Shown piece by piece: positions 1 through 12,385 of a DNA stretch of 29,239 nt (its first letter is position 1; each line of letters opens with the position of its first letter). The notes under the pieces were generated by a model. The model was not told the origin of the DNA. It was given only the letters and a program-made list of their open reading frames with translations, and ran no database searches. The stretch lies in NCBI RefSeq assembly GCF_006345805.1, contig NW_021833139.1:1-29239 (forward strand). Direction: 5' to 3'. The position numbers and the translations under genes are program-made. This DNA comes from Octopus sinensis (Eukaryota).

Positions 1-88
1 TATGGACAAAACAAAGGACAAAACACAAAAAAGAAACAAAATAAACACATATACATTTATATAGATATACAAATACGTATGTATACAT

Positions 89-512
<424 letters not shown>

Positions 513-839
513 CATGTGTTGTGTGTGCATATATATATATATTCTAAGAAATATATTAAGATATATAATAATGAAGCAGGGTGTAGACAGCTTCAGATTT
601 AAATAAGAAATACACACAAGAAAAAAAAACAAACAGTTTGATTATAGATTATAGAGAAAGCTGATAGTGGTCAGTGAATCCTGTTACAAATAGATCGGCG
701 AAATCTCTTTCGGAATATTATCATATAAATTCGTGGATAAAATATATCAAATAAAATGTGAGACGCATCTAAACGACGAATTTATGTGTGAGAAGAGAGG
801 AAGAAATATAGCCGAGTATGATGCGATTTACTGCTTATA

Positions 840-891
<52 letters not shown>

Positions 892-1399
892 ATTTTTATC
901 TATTAACATTGCAACTAAGAGTTTATCAGAAAATCGATATTTACGAAGACAAAAAAAGAAGAAGGAAAAAAAATCTATATAATTCGCTGGAAGAACTATT
1001 AAAAATTCCTCTGCAATTACACACACACTCTCTCAGTCTCACTCTCTATCTCTATCTCTCTCTGTCTCTCTATATATATGTATATCTCCCATACACACAC
1101 ACGTTTATATATCATCTCACTGACGCATATATATATCTCTATCTTAGTCTGTATACGTCTATGGTCAGCTTAATGGGTACTTCTACGTTGCAAAGTAAAC
1201 AGTTTAAAGAGAGCCAGCACTGGAAAATCACACACGGTATTAACAAACCATATGATGTGATGAATTGAAAAGAAAACCAAAATCCCAATACACACTGATG
1301 GCGGCTCTGAAACCATAGTATTTACTCAGACACAGGATAGAAAAGCACCTCGCTGTGTGAGCGTGTGTGTGTCTGTGTGCGTACGTGCACGTAGGTATG

Positions 1400-1466
1400 T
1401 ACCTATCAGTATATATGTATATATATATACATATATATGTACGCATACGCATATGTCTTAATATAC

Positions 1467-1500
<34 letters not shown>

Positions 1501-1555
1501 GTATATAATACATGTATACATGTATATATATGTGTATATTTGTATACATATATGT

Positions 1556-1598
<43 letters not shown>

Positions 1599-1612
1599 GT
1601 ATGTATGTATAA

Positions 1613-1652
<40 letters not shown>

Positions 1653-1717
1653 TTACATACATACACACATATATATATATGTATTTACATACATATATAT
1701 ATATATATATATATTAT

Positions 1718-1760
<43 letters not shown>

Positions 1761-1800
1761 ATATATATAATATATATATGTATGTATCTATATATATAAT
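1400..1800. repeat. (TA)n-rich compound low-complexity tract
   Basis: Directly visible. Similar tracts occur at 842-887, 2181-2400, 5560-5760, 6195-6420, 16445-16560, 17260-17345 and 19540-20090. Confidence 0.95.
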
Positions 1801-2178
1801 GAAGACATGCATTGTAAAGAAACTACGACAGATAAAAAACGACATAAGGTATACTGAGTGTAGAACCAGACGGGAGACAGACACACAAGGTTCCTAATTC
1901 TTTTTCAGTTATCAACCAAATGGTATTACTCAGTTTTGCATCATTAATGGTAAGACTGAGAACTTCTCATGTTGACGGTGTCCGCCAAAGAAGCGGAGAT
2001 TGTAGGGCGTCGGAGAAAAAACAGAACAACATTAAGTGGATATACGAAGGGGGAAAAATGTAATTTTCACCGATAGACAAAGACCAAATAAGTAGGAAAC
2101 GAGCAGAAAGCAACCTTGGAGCGAAAAAAAGAATGGTGGATAACACAAGAAATCCTAAAGGACATAGAAAATCTACAG

Positions 2179-2219
<41 letters not shown>

Positions 2220-2243
2220 TATGTATGTATGTATAAACATTAC

Positions 2244-2276
<33 letters not shown>

Positions 2277-2277
2277 A

Positions 2278-2316
<39 letters not shown>

Positions 2317-2533
2317 ATATAATATATATATATATATGTATCATATATGTATATCATAAAACATATATATATATATATATATATGTATGTATAAATATGC
2401 TATAATAAATATACATATATAATGTATGTATAGAGCAATATTATTTCTAAAAATAATAACGTTAGTGGACGCGAGCGTATAGCCATATAGGCAAATTAAT
2501 AAATCATATACAATATATATATATATATATATA

Positions 2534-2644
2534 TCACGTGACCGACCCGACCATCAGATGTTGTTACACATCGCTGGTCACAATGCGTTCACATTGTTTT
2601 AGCCCTCGAATAACGCCACCCCGCTGGCTAAGCGAGCAGGCCAA
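2534..2644 (-). mobile_element. Probable SINE 3'-tail fragment (cephalopod family)
   Basis: GC-richer island between (TA)n tracts. Resembles, from memory only, the tail of an octopus tRNA-SINE. Confidence 0.4.
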
Positions 2645-2754
2645 TATATATATATATGTGTGTGTGTATGTGTGTGTGTGTCTGTATGTGTGTGTGTGTG
2701 TGTGTGTGTGGTATGTGTGTGTGTGTATACTTATATGTCTTAATATATGTATAT

Positions 2755-2906
2755 GGCTGCAGGCATGATTCACGTAGTAAGGAGTCTGCTTCCCAACCGT
2801 ATGGTTCCGAGTTCAGTCCCGTTGTGTGACACCTTGGGTAAACGTCATCTACTGTAATCCGAGGATGACCAAACCTTTCTTAAACGGAAACTAGAAGAAA
2901 CCCGTC
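2755..2906 (+). mobile_element. Diverged tRNA-derived CORE-like SINE head (OR1/OR2-like family)
   Basis: Aligns by eye with the younger heads at 11093 and 13287 (ggttccgagttcagtccc...caccttgggtaa...acggaaactagaagaaacccgtc). Confidence 0.8.
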
Positions 2907-3130
2907 TCTCTCTTTCTTTCTCTCCTCCCCCCCCCCACACACAGACAGATACACACACACATACATACACAAATACACACACGCACACATATACACATAT
3001 GTAACCGCGGTGGACTTCGAAACCAGAATCTCAAACGTGAGAAGAAACGCTACCAATAATATTTTCCGTTGCGTCAACAGTTCTGCCTAATCTTGCTTCA
3101 AACAAGACTCTTGCAATGTATAATCCAATC

Positions 3131-3710
3131 GGAGGCGGGCTGGCAGAAACGTTAGCACGCCGGGCAAAATGCTTAGCGGTATTTCGTCTGCCGTTACGTT
3201 CTGTGTTCAAATTCCCCCGAGGTCGACCTTGCCTTTCATCCGTTCGGGGTCGATTAAATAAGTACTAGTTACGCACTGGGGTCGGTGTAATCGACTTAAT
3301 CCGTTTGTCTGTCCTTGTTTGTCCCCTCTGTGTTTAGCCCCTTGTGGGTAGTAAGGAAATAGGTATTTCGTCTGCCGTTACGTTCTGAGTTCAAATTCCG
3401 CCGAGGTCCACTTTGCCTTTCGTCCTTTCGGGGTCGATTAAATAAGTACCAGTTAAGCACTGGGGTCGATATAATCGACTTAATCCGCTTGTTTTTCCTT
3501 GTTTGTCCTCTGTGTTTAGCTCCTTGTGGGTAGTAAAGATATAGGTATATCGCCCATATTCCTGTTCTGTGTTCAAATTACACCGGTGTCGACTTTGCGT
3601 TTCATCTAATCGATTAAATAAGTACCAGTCGAATACTAAGGGCGATCCAATCGACTTACCTTTCCCTAAATTGCTGGTCTTGTGTCAACAGTTGAAATCA
3701 ATATAAAATA
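3131..3710 (+). mobile_element. tRNA-derived SINE with three tandem ~183-bp body units
   Basis: Head ggcgggctggcagaaacgttagc. Units start at ggtat(t/a) 3178, 3362 and 3544, each with a box-B-like gttcaaattcc and a gaggtcgactttgcctttcatcctttcggggtcgat core. Same family as 14304 and 24244. Confidence 0.9.
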
Positions 3711-3742
3711 TAAGTCAATATGATACTTCAAGTATAAATCTA

Positions 3743-3854
3743 TACATTATTTACACTATTTATATTATTTGCATTTGACGGATATTTGCCCTCATCTTGT
3801 TTGTTGTTAACACAACGTTTCGGTTGATATACCCTCGAGCCTTCAACAGGTGCC
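3743..3854 (-). mobile_element. Penelope pLTR-like arm, inverted relative to the adjacent tRNA head
   Basis: Contains an HHR fold on the minus strand. 3830-3851 is the reverse complement (20/22) of 4479-4500. A second copy of its distal end lies at 9447-9520. Confidence 0.7.
3809..3854 (-). ncRNA. Degenerate minimal type I hammerhead ribozyme
   Basis: Minus strand reads ggcac-CTGTTGA-a-ggctc gagggtatat caacc-GAA-ACGT-T-gtgtt: helix I ggcac/gtgtt, palindromic helix III ACGT, GUU site. The core has A6>U and helix II has mismatches. Confidence 0.7.
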
Positions 3855-3933
3855 CACGAACATATGGCATAGTGGTTAAGAGCACGGATTACTAACGCCA
3901 AGATTCCGAGTTCGATTCCATGCAGTTTCCTGA
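3855..3933 (+). mobile_element. tRNA-derived Pol III head (tRNA-Ser-like)
   Basis: Box A tggcatagtgg 3865-3875 and box B gttcgattcc 3910-3919; anticodon-arm-like ggattactaacgcc. No acceptor stem, so it is not a tRNA gene. Confidence 0.8.
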
Positions 3934-3962
3934 ATAATAATGATAATAGCAACAACAACAAT

Positions 3963-4005
<43 letters not shown>

Positions 4006-4031
4006 GCAGCAATAACAACAACAACAACAAC

Positions 4032-4069
<38 letters not shown>

Positions 4070-4081
4070 TAATAATAATAA
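3934..4081. repeat. (CAA)n-(AAT)n compound trinucleotide array
   Basis: Directly visible. Confidence 0.95.
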
Positions 4082-4402
4082 GGTGCTCTGGGAATGATAG
4101 CGAAAGGGACTGATTGCTACCTAAATCAGATACCAGGACACCCCAAAATGGCAGAAATTCAAAAGATAGTGCTCATGGAAACTGCTCATATCCTACGCAG
4201 AATACTCTCTATGTAATCCCAAGATTTAAAACAAACTTTTTTTTTATGTATTAGACATTCACTAGTACAACACCGAAAAAACCCCAAATATATGGCACAC
4301 TAGGCATAACAACAACGTGAACTTCCAACCTGTTGTCTCTTGAGGTCTCTGGGTGAGACTTGGAGCCAACTTGTACAGACATAAAGCAAAAGTCAAACAT
4401 AG
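4082..4402 (+). mobile_element. 5'-truncated R4/Dong-like non-LTR retrotransposon 3' end
   Basis: 4082-4216 reads GALGMIAKGTDCYLNQIPGHPKMAEIQKIVLMETAHILRRILSM*, matching the GALG...QKxxLxGTAxILR C-terminus of REL-endonuclease elements. A 3' UTR follows, and (AAT)n flanks both sides. Confidence 0.8.
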
Positions 4403-4432
4403 AATAATAATAATAATGATAATATTAATAAT

Positions 4433-4500
4433 ATCAAAAAATACCTTAGGAATACCTCGGTTCGAAATTTTCCCAAGACACCTGATGAAGGCTGGAGGGT
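4433..4500 (+). mobile_element. pLTR-like arm with the 5' half of a hammerhead ribozyme, truncated at an RTE fragment
   Basis: gacac-CTGATGA-a-ggctg-gagggt (4477-4500) has an intact core; the expected atatcagccGAAACGT continuation is replaced by RTE sequence. Confidence 0.65.
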
Positions 4501-4501
4501 G

Positions 4502-4639
4502 TCGCACCGAATTTTTGGATGCAAAGTGATGCCATCGGACACGAATGATGCGTCGTAGACAGAGGTGATCGAAGGATTCTAGTCGCTTAATATCTTCTAC
4601 CCTCATTGGCCATGACTCGATGCCGTAAAGGAGAATGGC
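4502..4639 (-). pseudogene. RTE-clade LINE reverse transcriptase C-terminal fragment
   Basis: AILLYGIESWPMRVEDIKRLESFDHLCLRRIIRVRWHHFASKNSVR matches the RTE thumb motif LLYGxExW...L..F...CLRxI..I.W.D..SN..V. Confidence 0.85.
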
Positions 4640-5097
4640 GATGGTCATTGGGAAGTGAAATTTGATTTGGAGGAAGCGTCGCTCTTCATTTCCAAATCTC
4701 ACCATTATCGCAATAATTGTACTCACCACCACAACATTCATAAACCCGCTCCTCTCTCTCCTCCTCTTCTTTCACCACCTCGTCCTCATCATCGTGATCA
4801 TTATCATCTTTACCAACATCATTTGAGATCACAGTGATCTTCATCATCAAAATTACCATCAACTTTATCACTGTCAGCCATCGTTACCACAACCACCACC
4901 ACATCCACCGCCACCATCAGCACCACCAGCACCACCACGACCCACCACCACCACCACCACCACCACCAAAAACCACCACCACCACCACCACTACCACCAC
5001 CACCACCACCACCACCACGACCCATCACGACCACCACGACCACCAGCACCACCAGCACCACCACGACCCACCACCACCACCACCACCACCACCACTT
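4640..5097. repeat. (CAT)/(CAC)n degenerate triplet tract with an internal ~50-bp duplication
   Basis: Visible: caccagcaccaccagcaccaccacgacccaccacc occurs near 4918 and 5042. Confidence 0.9.
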
Positions 5098-5393
5098 CGT
5101 ACCCCCACAGCCACCATCATTAACAGCGCCGCGATGTTCGTAACCCTGTCGGTAAACGAGATTAGCGGCGTTAGTTTTCTTGCCACAACTTCTCTAAGAA
5201 CAATAATTTCATTTTCCAATTTCCGGTCTGTAAATTTAATCTCTCTAAGTGAACATTCAATAATACTTATCGTATCTGACTTCAAGAGAAACTTCTTTCA
5301 ACTTCGCCATCAATAATCGCTAATCGATATAAGCGAGAATATATACACATACATATATACATGTGTGTGTGTGTGTGTTTTTCTGTTTAGGTG

Positions 5394-5430
<37 letters not shown>

Positions 5431-5682
5431 TTGGTTAAAGAGGGAAGGCCCAGGATGATAGATTTATATTGTAACCTATCGCAACATCTATTCAATATTC
5501 CACATCATAAGTGTATTTCGTGAGAGGTTATTCATATATATGTATGTATGTGTGCGTGGAGGGTGATGGTATATGTAATATATATATATATATATATAAA
5601 ATACATCTACATAATATATAGACAGATATATAGATATATAATATATATGTATATATGTATTTTTATCTATCTATATATATAC

Positions 5683-5715
<33 letters not shown>

Positions 5716-6070
5716 CATATATTATATATATATAATATACTAATATATATTTATATATGTATAATATTCTTAATAATTGTCTAATTATGTATCGTCTGAA
5801 GAGTCTCGAGTATTCAGGACTTCTTAATCAAACTGTCTTTTCTTATTTGTATTTCTGTAAATATTTGATGATGGAATAGGTAGGTAACTTATTCCTGATA
5901 TAACTGGAATAGTTAAATAGCTACATAAATACGTACATACATACACACGCACACAGGCACACACACACACACACTGAAAAATATACGTATACTCAAGTAA
6001 ACCCATGAATATATATCTTTTTCCTTTATTTATATGTGAATATACTACATACATACACACACACACACAC

Positions 6071-6191
6071 TGCCTCGTGGAGCTTTATGTGTTTTCGCTC
6101 AATAAACACTCACAACGCCCGGTCTGGGAATCGAAACTGTGATCCTACGACCGCGAGTCCGCTGCCCTAAACACTGGGCTATTGCGCCTCC
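6071..6191 (-). mobile_element. tRNA-derived SINE head
   Basis: Minus strand reads ggaggcgcaatagcccagtgtttagggcagcggactcgcggtcgtaggatcacagtttcgattcccagacc, with box A- and box B-like motifs. Confidence 0.8.
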
Positions 6192-6204
6192 ATATGTATA
6201 TAAT

Positions 6205-6257
<53 letters not shown>

Positions 6258-6278
6258 GTATATGTGTATATATATGAT

Positions 6279-6343
<65 letters not shown>

Positions 6344-6345
6344 TA

Positions 6346-6381
<36 letters not shown>

Positions 6382-7980
6382 ATAGTATATATATATTATA
6401 TATAACATATATATGTATAACATTGTGTATAATGTCTTAATTTGCTACGTAAATAAGCGGTTGCTTCTTTGTCGCGAGAATCGAAGAAATATTTCGCGAA
6501 TACAAGTCAGTGTCGGATCGACCATGAATTTTTTCCACCTCAGTAAGATTGCAGATGTCATACAGTGGCTATTTCTTTACTTTACGCTATTTCAAACTTG
6601 TTCGTAATACTATCTACATCGATTTTGCTGTCTATAACATGTTACTAGTTGTTACTTGAACTGGCACAATGAACAGCAACGAACCAGCAAGTAGATTATA
6701 AATCGAGGATACCGAGCAGGGTACGATATGGTGTGAAATTTGTTTGTTATTGATTTATATTATGTAAGACCCTTAACCTTACAATGTTTCCATATTTATA
6801 TAAGGAGTACAATAAAACATATGCAACGAAATTGGAGCTTTAAATGCCAGCTACCTGATCACAGGATAAACATATTGTCTGGGCCTTAAACCTTAAGGGA
6901 TACGTTGTGGTATAAAGGGAAAATAATATTGGTCGTAGCGTCACGGGTTTTATTGTGTTTGCCCCTTTCATAATGCGACTCGGATCTACAAGCTCGTATA
7001 AATAACGGCCAAATATGCCCTAATTCAAGTCTTACCATACTGAAAATGAAAGAACATTTTATACTTTAGAACGAGAGACATATAACCAAGCTGTAATTTT
7101 TTAAACCAGAAATGCATTTGACCATAGATCAGTTTGGCGCATTGAGCACTTTGATTTTATTCTCGTCAACAGCTAACTTGAAATGACATCTATTTTAGCT
7201 ATTCGATTCCTAAACTTCGTCTTTCTGTTTCTCTTTATACGTACAATCGCAGCAGTATTGACGAAATTTAAACAATGGATTTCTGTACATCGTTGACAAA
7301 GTAACAAAAAAATAAAAAAAAAAAACGACAGTGAATTTCAATTTTTTTCTGTATGACCCATCATCTCTCCTCTCTCTCTCTCAATTTCAATATCTCTCTT
7401 AATCTTATCTTCCCTTTCTCATCTACTGTATTTATTCATGTACACGCAAGTGTAATAGCTTTATGCCTATATAGAAAAGAGACGTGTTAGAGTCAATCAG
7501 TCATTTATTACATTCCAACGCCTGACTCCTACCTCTCGCACACTTTATCTCTCTGTTTTTTCTCTCTATCTATCGGCAAACGTACATTTCTGCAGGTCTG
7601 CGCATGTGTCTCTCTCAGTCTCACCAAGGTTTGGGTCAGTAGAGGCATATGGCACCCTGTACTCGATCATCAGGTGTTCTAATTAGTAACACTTACCTAT
7701 ATAAATCCGATGAAAACGTTTTGTTTTGCAGTATGTAACACTTCTCTTCGTCAGTAAACAACTAGTCTGAAACAGCTGTAGTGAACCGCAACCCACCTGT
7801 AGTTATTGTTTTTATAATAAATAAATAAATAAATAAATAATATATATATATATTAATATATATATTATATATATATATATATAATATATAATTATAATAA
7901 AGGTTTTTTTTGCAACAGTGGCTTAAACCACATACCGAAAATATTAGAAATTTTTCGGTATGTATATATATATGCCTATA

Positions 7981-8013
<33 letters not shown>

Positions 8014-8047
8014 CTAGATATATTATATACATATGTATAATATATAT

Positions 8048-8097
8048 ATATGTAGCCATATTCATATGGTTATGAATTTCATATATATATCAATATC

Positions 8098-8175
<78 letters not shown>

Positions 8176-8270
8176 CCACACACACACACACACCCACACA
8201 CACACACACACATATATATATAATATATATATATATGAATATTCATAACCATATGAATATGGCTACATAT
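8048..8270. repeat. ~220-bp fold-back inverted repeat centred on (TA)n
   Basis: 8048-8077 is the perfect reverse complement of 8241-8270; the inner (TG)n and (CA)n tracts also mirror each other. Confidence 0.9.
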
Positions 8271-8359
8271 GCATGCACACATCCATACTCAAATATACGC
8301 ATTCACGCACATATAAGTATATTTATTGCTAGCTGTCATCTTTCTGTTTAAGGTTTTCT

Positions 8360-8540
8360 TACATACATACATACACACACATACATACATACATACATAC
8401 ATACATACATACATACATACATACATACATACAAACATACATACACATACATACATACATACATACATACATACATACATACAAACATACATACAACATA
8501 CATACATACATACACATACATACATACACACATGCATACA
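8360..8540. repeat. (TACA)n microsatellite
   Basis: Directly visible. Confidence 0.95.
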
Positions 8541-9446
8541 TATATCAATGTTATGTAGAACAGAAGAAAGACATTTATAAATGATAATAATCTTCTGAAT
8601 CCTCTAATCTATAATATATAAGCGAAGAGATTATATGGAAGCCATGTGTATTTTATAAAATAAGTATTTCGTTATTTGTCGCTTCATTGCCAGAGATTTA
8701 TTTACTAAAACCCGTGGAAACTTGTAAGATAGTAGGAATTTAAAATGCTTCGTAAATATTTCACTGCTGTCGAATTAAACGCGTTGCATCACTTGCTAAG
8801 TCTTGTTATTTTGAGATAAATTCTTTGTTTTTGCACGAAAACTTTTGATTATAGCTTTCTTTGTGTTCATCGTCGTCATTTTCTTGAATACACACTCACA
8901 CGCACACATACGCACGCTGACACATGCATGCATACAATGGCACACACACACACACACAGAAACAGAATCACGTACACATGTCGCCATCTTGTATCGCTTT
9001 CTAACCCTCCGTTCTCTATTTGTATATTTTTGTTTAGTTTCACTTTCGATTGAATATCACAAATTATGTTTATTTGTGTATTAGGTTTTTGCTTATAAAA
9101 TCGCAGATAACTCTTCTGGGTGTTTCTCCTGTCAGATCTCTTTTTGGTACAATGTAGCACGTGAAATAAGAAGCGAGAGAGATAAGTGGTCAATTAATTT
9201 ATTAGAAATAACAACTCGATTTCTCTTAAATCACACTCCAAGCAAATTTTAAATGATGATGCCCAAGACCTCATTGGATAACGTAATATTAAATACATAA
9301 CGTATGAGGAAAATATTGATGGGTTGGGTATAGCTAGAGACTATTTAACCGCAGCAGTGTTTAGTAATAGTTAGTCTGGGGTTTCAAATCGAAAGTCATA
9401 CAATCCTTACCTTTTCCTCGATATTGTTTCAGGCATTTTAATTATG

Positions 9447-9538
9447 CAGTTCTATATTTAAGAGATGAGGAATTATGTACATTACGTACATTGTTTACAT
9501 TATTTACATTCGACGGATATTCCAAGCAGTGACCTGAA
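9447..9538 (+). mobile_element. Internally deleted second copy of the inverted-arm/tRNA-head composite
   Basis: tacatt...tttacattcgacggatatt (matches 3743-3786) joins directly to ccaagcagtgacctgaa (matches 3918-3933), followed by a triplet array. Confidence 0.7.
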
Positions 9539-9544
9539 CAATAA

Positions 9545-9627
<83 letters not shown>

Positions 9628-9633
9628 ATAAAA

Positions 9634-9665
<32 letters not shown>

Positions 9666-9728
9666 GATAATAATAATAATAATGATAATAATAATAACAA
9701 TAATAATACTAATACTAATAATAATAAT
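9539..9728. repeat. (CTA)n-(AAT)n compound array
   Basis: Directly visible. Confidence 0.95.
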
Positions 9729-11092
9729 ATTGAGGCTAGGTCTTATATGTTAGATGTCTAAATCCTACTCGACGTTTTGCTCACTCTAATTCAATCAACT
9801 CTATTCCTGACATCTAGCTTGCTTCGTTCCAACTTCATTCAGACACTTCCTCTCACTCTTCCTCTATCGATTATGCTTTGCCTTAACTCGGAGGAGTATC
9901 CAGCCATCCAGAATACCCTTTCCGCATTTTTTCTTTTTTTTTTTCCCTACCGATATTTGTTCAATGAGAAATTGGCTTTGTTAACCACTGCTATCGTGCT
10001 GAACTCTTGGGGAATGTACCGGATGTTATATTTTGGAGAATTTCTGCACACTTATAAAGAGAAGATTGCTCCACTACGTCAGAATTATTGGAGGAGACGC
10101 AGCAACGGGAAGCTGACCATTCCATAATACTAAGTAGGAGTAATGTTTCCTGACCGGGCGCGGTAAAGCACATCTCGGTTTGAACTGCTGGAAAAAAATA
10201 ACTTGCAGCTATCCACGATAAACACTGAGAATGTCACCTTGTCGTGGTTTTAGAAAGCGTGCGAATTCCGAGGGCAGAACCGTTTCTTTCATATTAATCC
10301 AATTATAAAACGAAGTTCATAGATGCTACTCTTTTTCATCTCACTAATCCATAACACAAAGTAGATGCGACAGGCCATTCATCAACTTGGCGCAGTTGCG
10401 ACACATTGTCCTCATGTATGACTAAAGAGAAATAAAAAAAAAATTGTGGGTGGTAGGTCGAGGTAGAAGTATAATTACTAAAAAGAGAAAAAGAATGAAA
10501 AAACAACCGCCGAACGTTTCATGAATATTTTCTTATTTTCAGCAGGAATTCAACAGTGTCTTTACAAGTATGTGACTTCTTTAAATTATCATTCGCCAAT
10601 ATTTACTCGATTTATACAATTTCTAGAACTCACTATATCAACAATAAACCATTATGTTTGTGGCATTATGGTAATATTAAGTGATAAATTGTTTTCAAAA
10701 TCTTCCGTATAGATTTACATTACAATGGAGACTTCAATTAACACGCAAATTAGATGACTGGTGAATTGATTGGAATTTTAATCAATATACCACGGTTGAA
10801 AAAACGAAAAAGAAAAAAAGAAATTCTTGTGAAAAACCAACTTGTAATGATATCACAGCTGAATTGTGAGATAAAGCAAGGAATCGTATTCATGTATACT
10901 GTAACTTTCATAAATTCATATACAGAGATCAATGACTCGCATATATAGACACATACATATACACAGATAAGTACACATGGGTAATGGTTTGAACTTTGGG
11001 AGTCATGAAGCGCCCTCTGTCAACGAAAGGACCGTAACGACTTGTGTTTGAATGTTTACACCACTCCCCTTAAAGTTGTTCAATATATAACT

Positions 11093-11283
11093 AGTGGCTG
11101 TGTGGTAAGTAGCTTGCTTACCAACCACATGGTTCCGGGTTCAGTCCCACTGCGTGGCACTTTGGGCAAGTGTCTTCTACTATAGCCTCGGGCCGACCAA
11201 AGCCTTGTGAGTGGATTTGGTAGACGGAAACTGAAAGAAGCCCGCCTTAGATATGTATTTATGTATATGTAGATATTATATGT

Positions 11284-11342
<59 letters not shown>

Positions 11343-11343
11343 T

Positions 11344-11389
<46 letters not shown>

Positions 11390-11633
11390 ATGTATATGTA
11401 TGTGTGTATATGTTTGTGTGTGTCTGTTTGTCACCACCTACATCGCTTGACAACCGATGGTGGTGTGTTTACGTCCCCGTAACTTAGCGGTTCGGCAAAA
11501 GAGACCGATAGAATAAGTACTAGGCTTACAAAGAATAAGTCCTGGGGTCGATTTGCTCGACTAAAGGCGGTGCCCCAGCATGACCGCAGTCAAATGACTG
11601 AAACAAGTAAAAGAGTAAAAGAGTAAAAGAGTA
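11093..11633 (+). mobile_element. Near full-length CORE-like tRNA SINE with internal (TA)n(TG)n microsatellite
   Basis: Head agtggctgtgtggtaag...ggttcagtccc, CORE-like ggcactttgggcaagtgtcttc, internal SSR ~11250-11420, and a tail ending in (aaaagagt)n. Near-identical to 13287-13729. Confidence 0.9.
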
Positions 11634-12343
11634 TTTCGAACACAGACTTACTTATAACATTATGACATGCCATAAAAATATAACTTACCACAGCATGACT
11701 GACAGACAAGTCAATTAAAAAGTGAGTACGTCGTATGTGGACAGGATACAAACAAATCTATCGTCTCAGATTTCTCATAATACCTTTGAGGTAGAACAAT
11801 AAAAATGCATAAAACAATATAAGAGTCTGGTATAAACTGTATCTGAGAAGACGAGATGGTCACGACGAGAAATATATCGATAGACAGATCTTCCACAAGA
11901 GAAGTCAACAGGAAGGAACCATGCAAAATAACAACAACTACAAGACTAAAAACAAGAATATATGGGAATATTCTTTCTCCTCTATAATTCTCAAAATGAA
12001 TGGTGATTGCTTTTTCAATATTTTTTAAAGTGATAAATTCTTTCCATAACCCTGTGTGTGTGTTTATATGTGTGTATGTGTGTAAGAATATATACAGTGA
12101 GAGAGGGGGAGAAAGGGAGAGGGAGAGAGAGGGAGAGAGATAAATAGATACATAGATAGATAGGTAAATTGATGGATATATGTGTGCATATATATACATA
12201 CATACACACATACACACACACGCACATATATACACATAAATTACACATATATATCTCTAGAAATATAAACAAACATATCAACGTGTATGAGTATATAAGC
12301 ATATCTATCTATTTATCAATCTCTCTCTTTCTCTATCTATCTT

Positions 12344-12385
<42 letters not shown>

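Noticed and set aside
2095-2180. KKEWWITQEILKDIE resembling the LINE PW(I/L)T linker
   Set aside because: Too short, with no adjoining endonuclease or RT similarity.
3178-3710. Regular ~183-bp repeats as a CRISPR array or satellite
   Set aside because: No unique spacers, eukaryotic context, and the units are SINE bodies. I also found no HHR core in them on either strand.
3855-3933. tRNA-Ser gene
   Set aside because: No acceptor stem or terminator; it is a SINE-type head.
5025-5285. Minus-strand ORF MKSDTISIIECSLREIKFTDRKLENE...
   Set aside because: No recognisable motif or splice sites; it runs into a triplet repeat.
5796-5820. CTGAAGA-gtc...gac, an HHR-like start
   Set aside because: No GAAA or helix III follows.
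6533-6607. MNFFHLSKIADVIQWLFLYFTLFQTCS as a signal-peptide exon
   Set aside because: Weak donor and no downstream exon or promoter evidence.
7705-7785. CTGACGA on the minus strand (7748-7754) and GAAACAGCTGTA on the plus strand
   Set aside because: The two half-motifs are on opposite strands and helix II cannot be formed; possibly a very decayed relic.
10543-10567. AG/GT-bounded 22-25-nt micro-exon
   Set aside because: Expected by chance in AT-rich DNA; no supporting homology.
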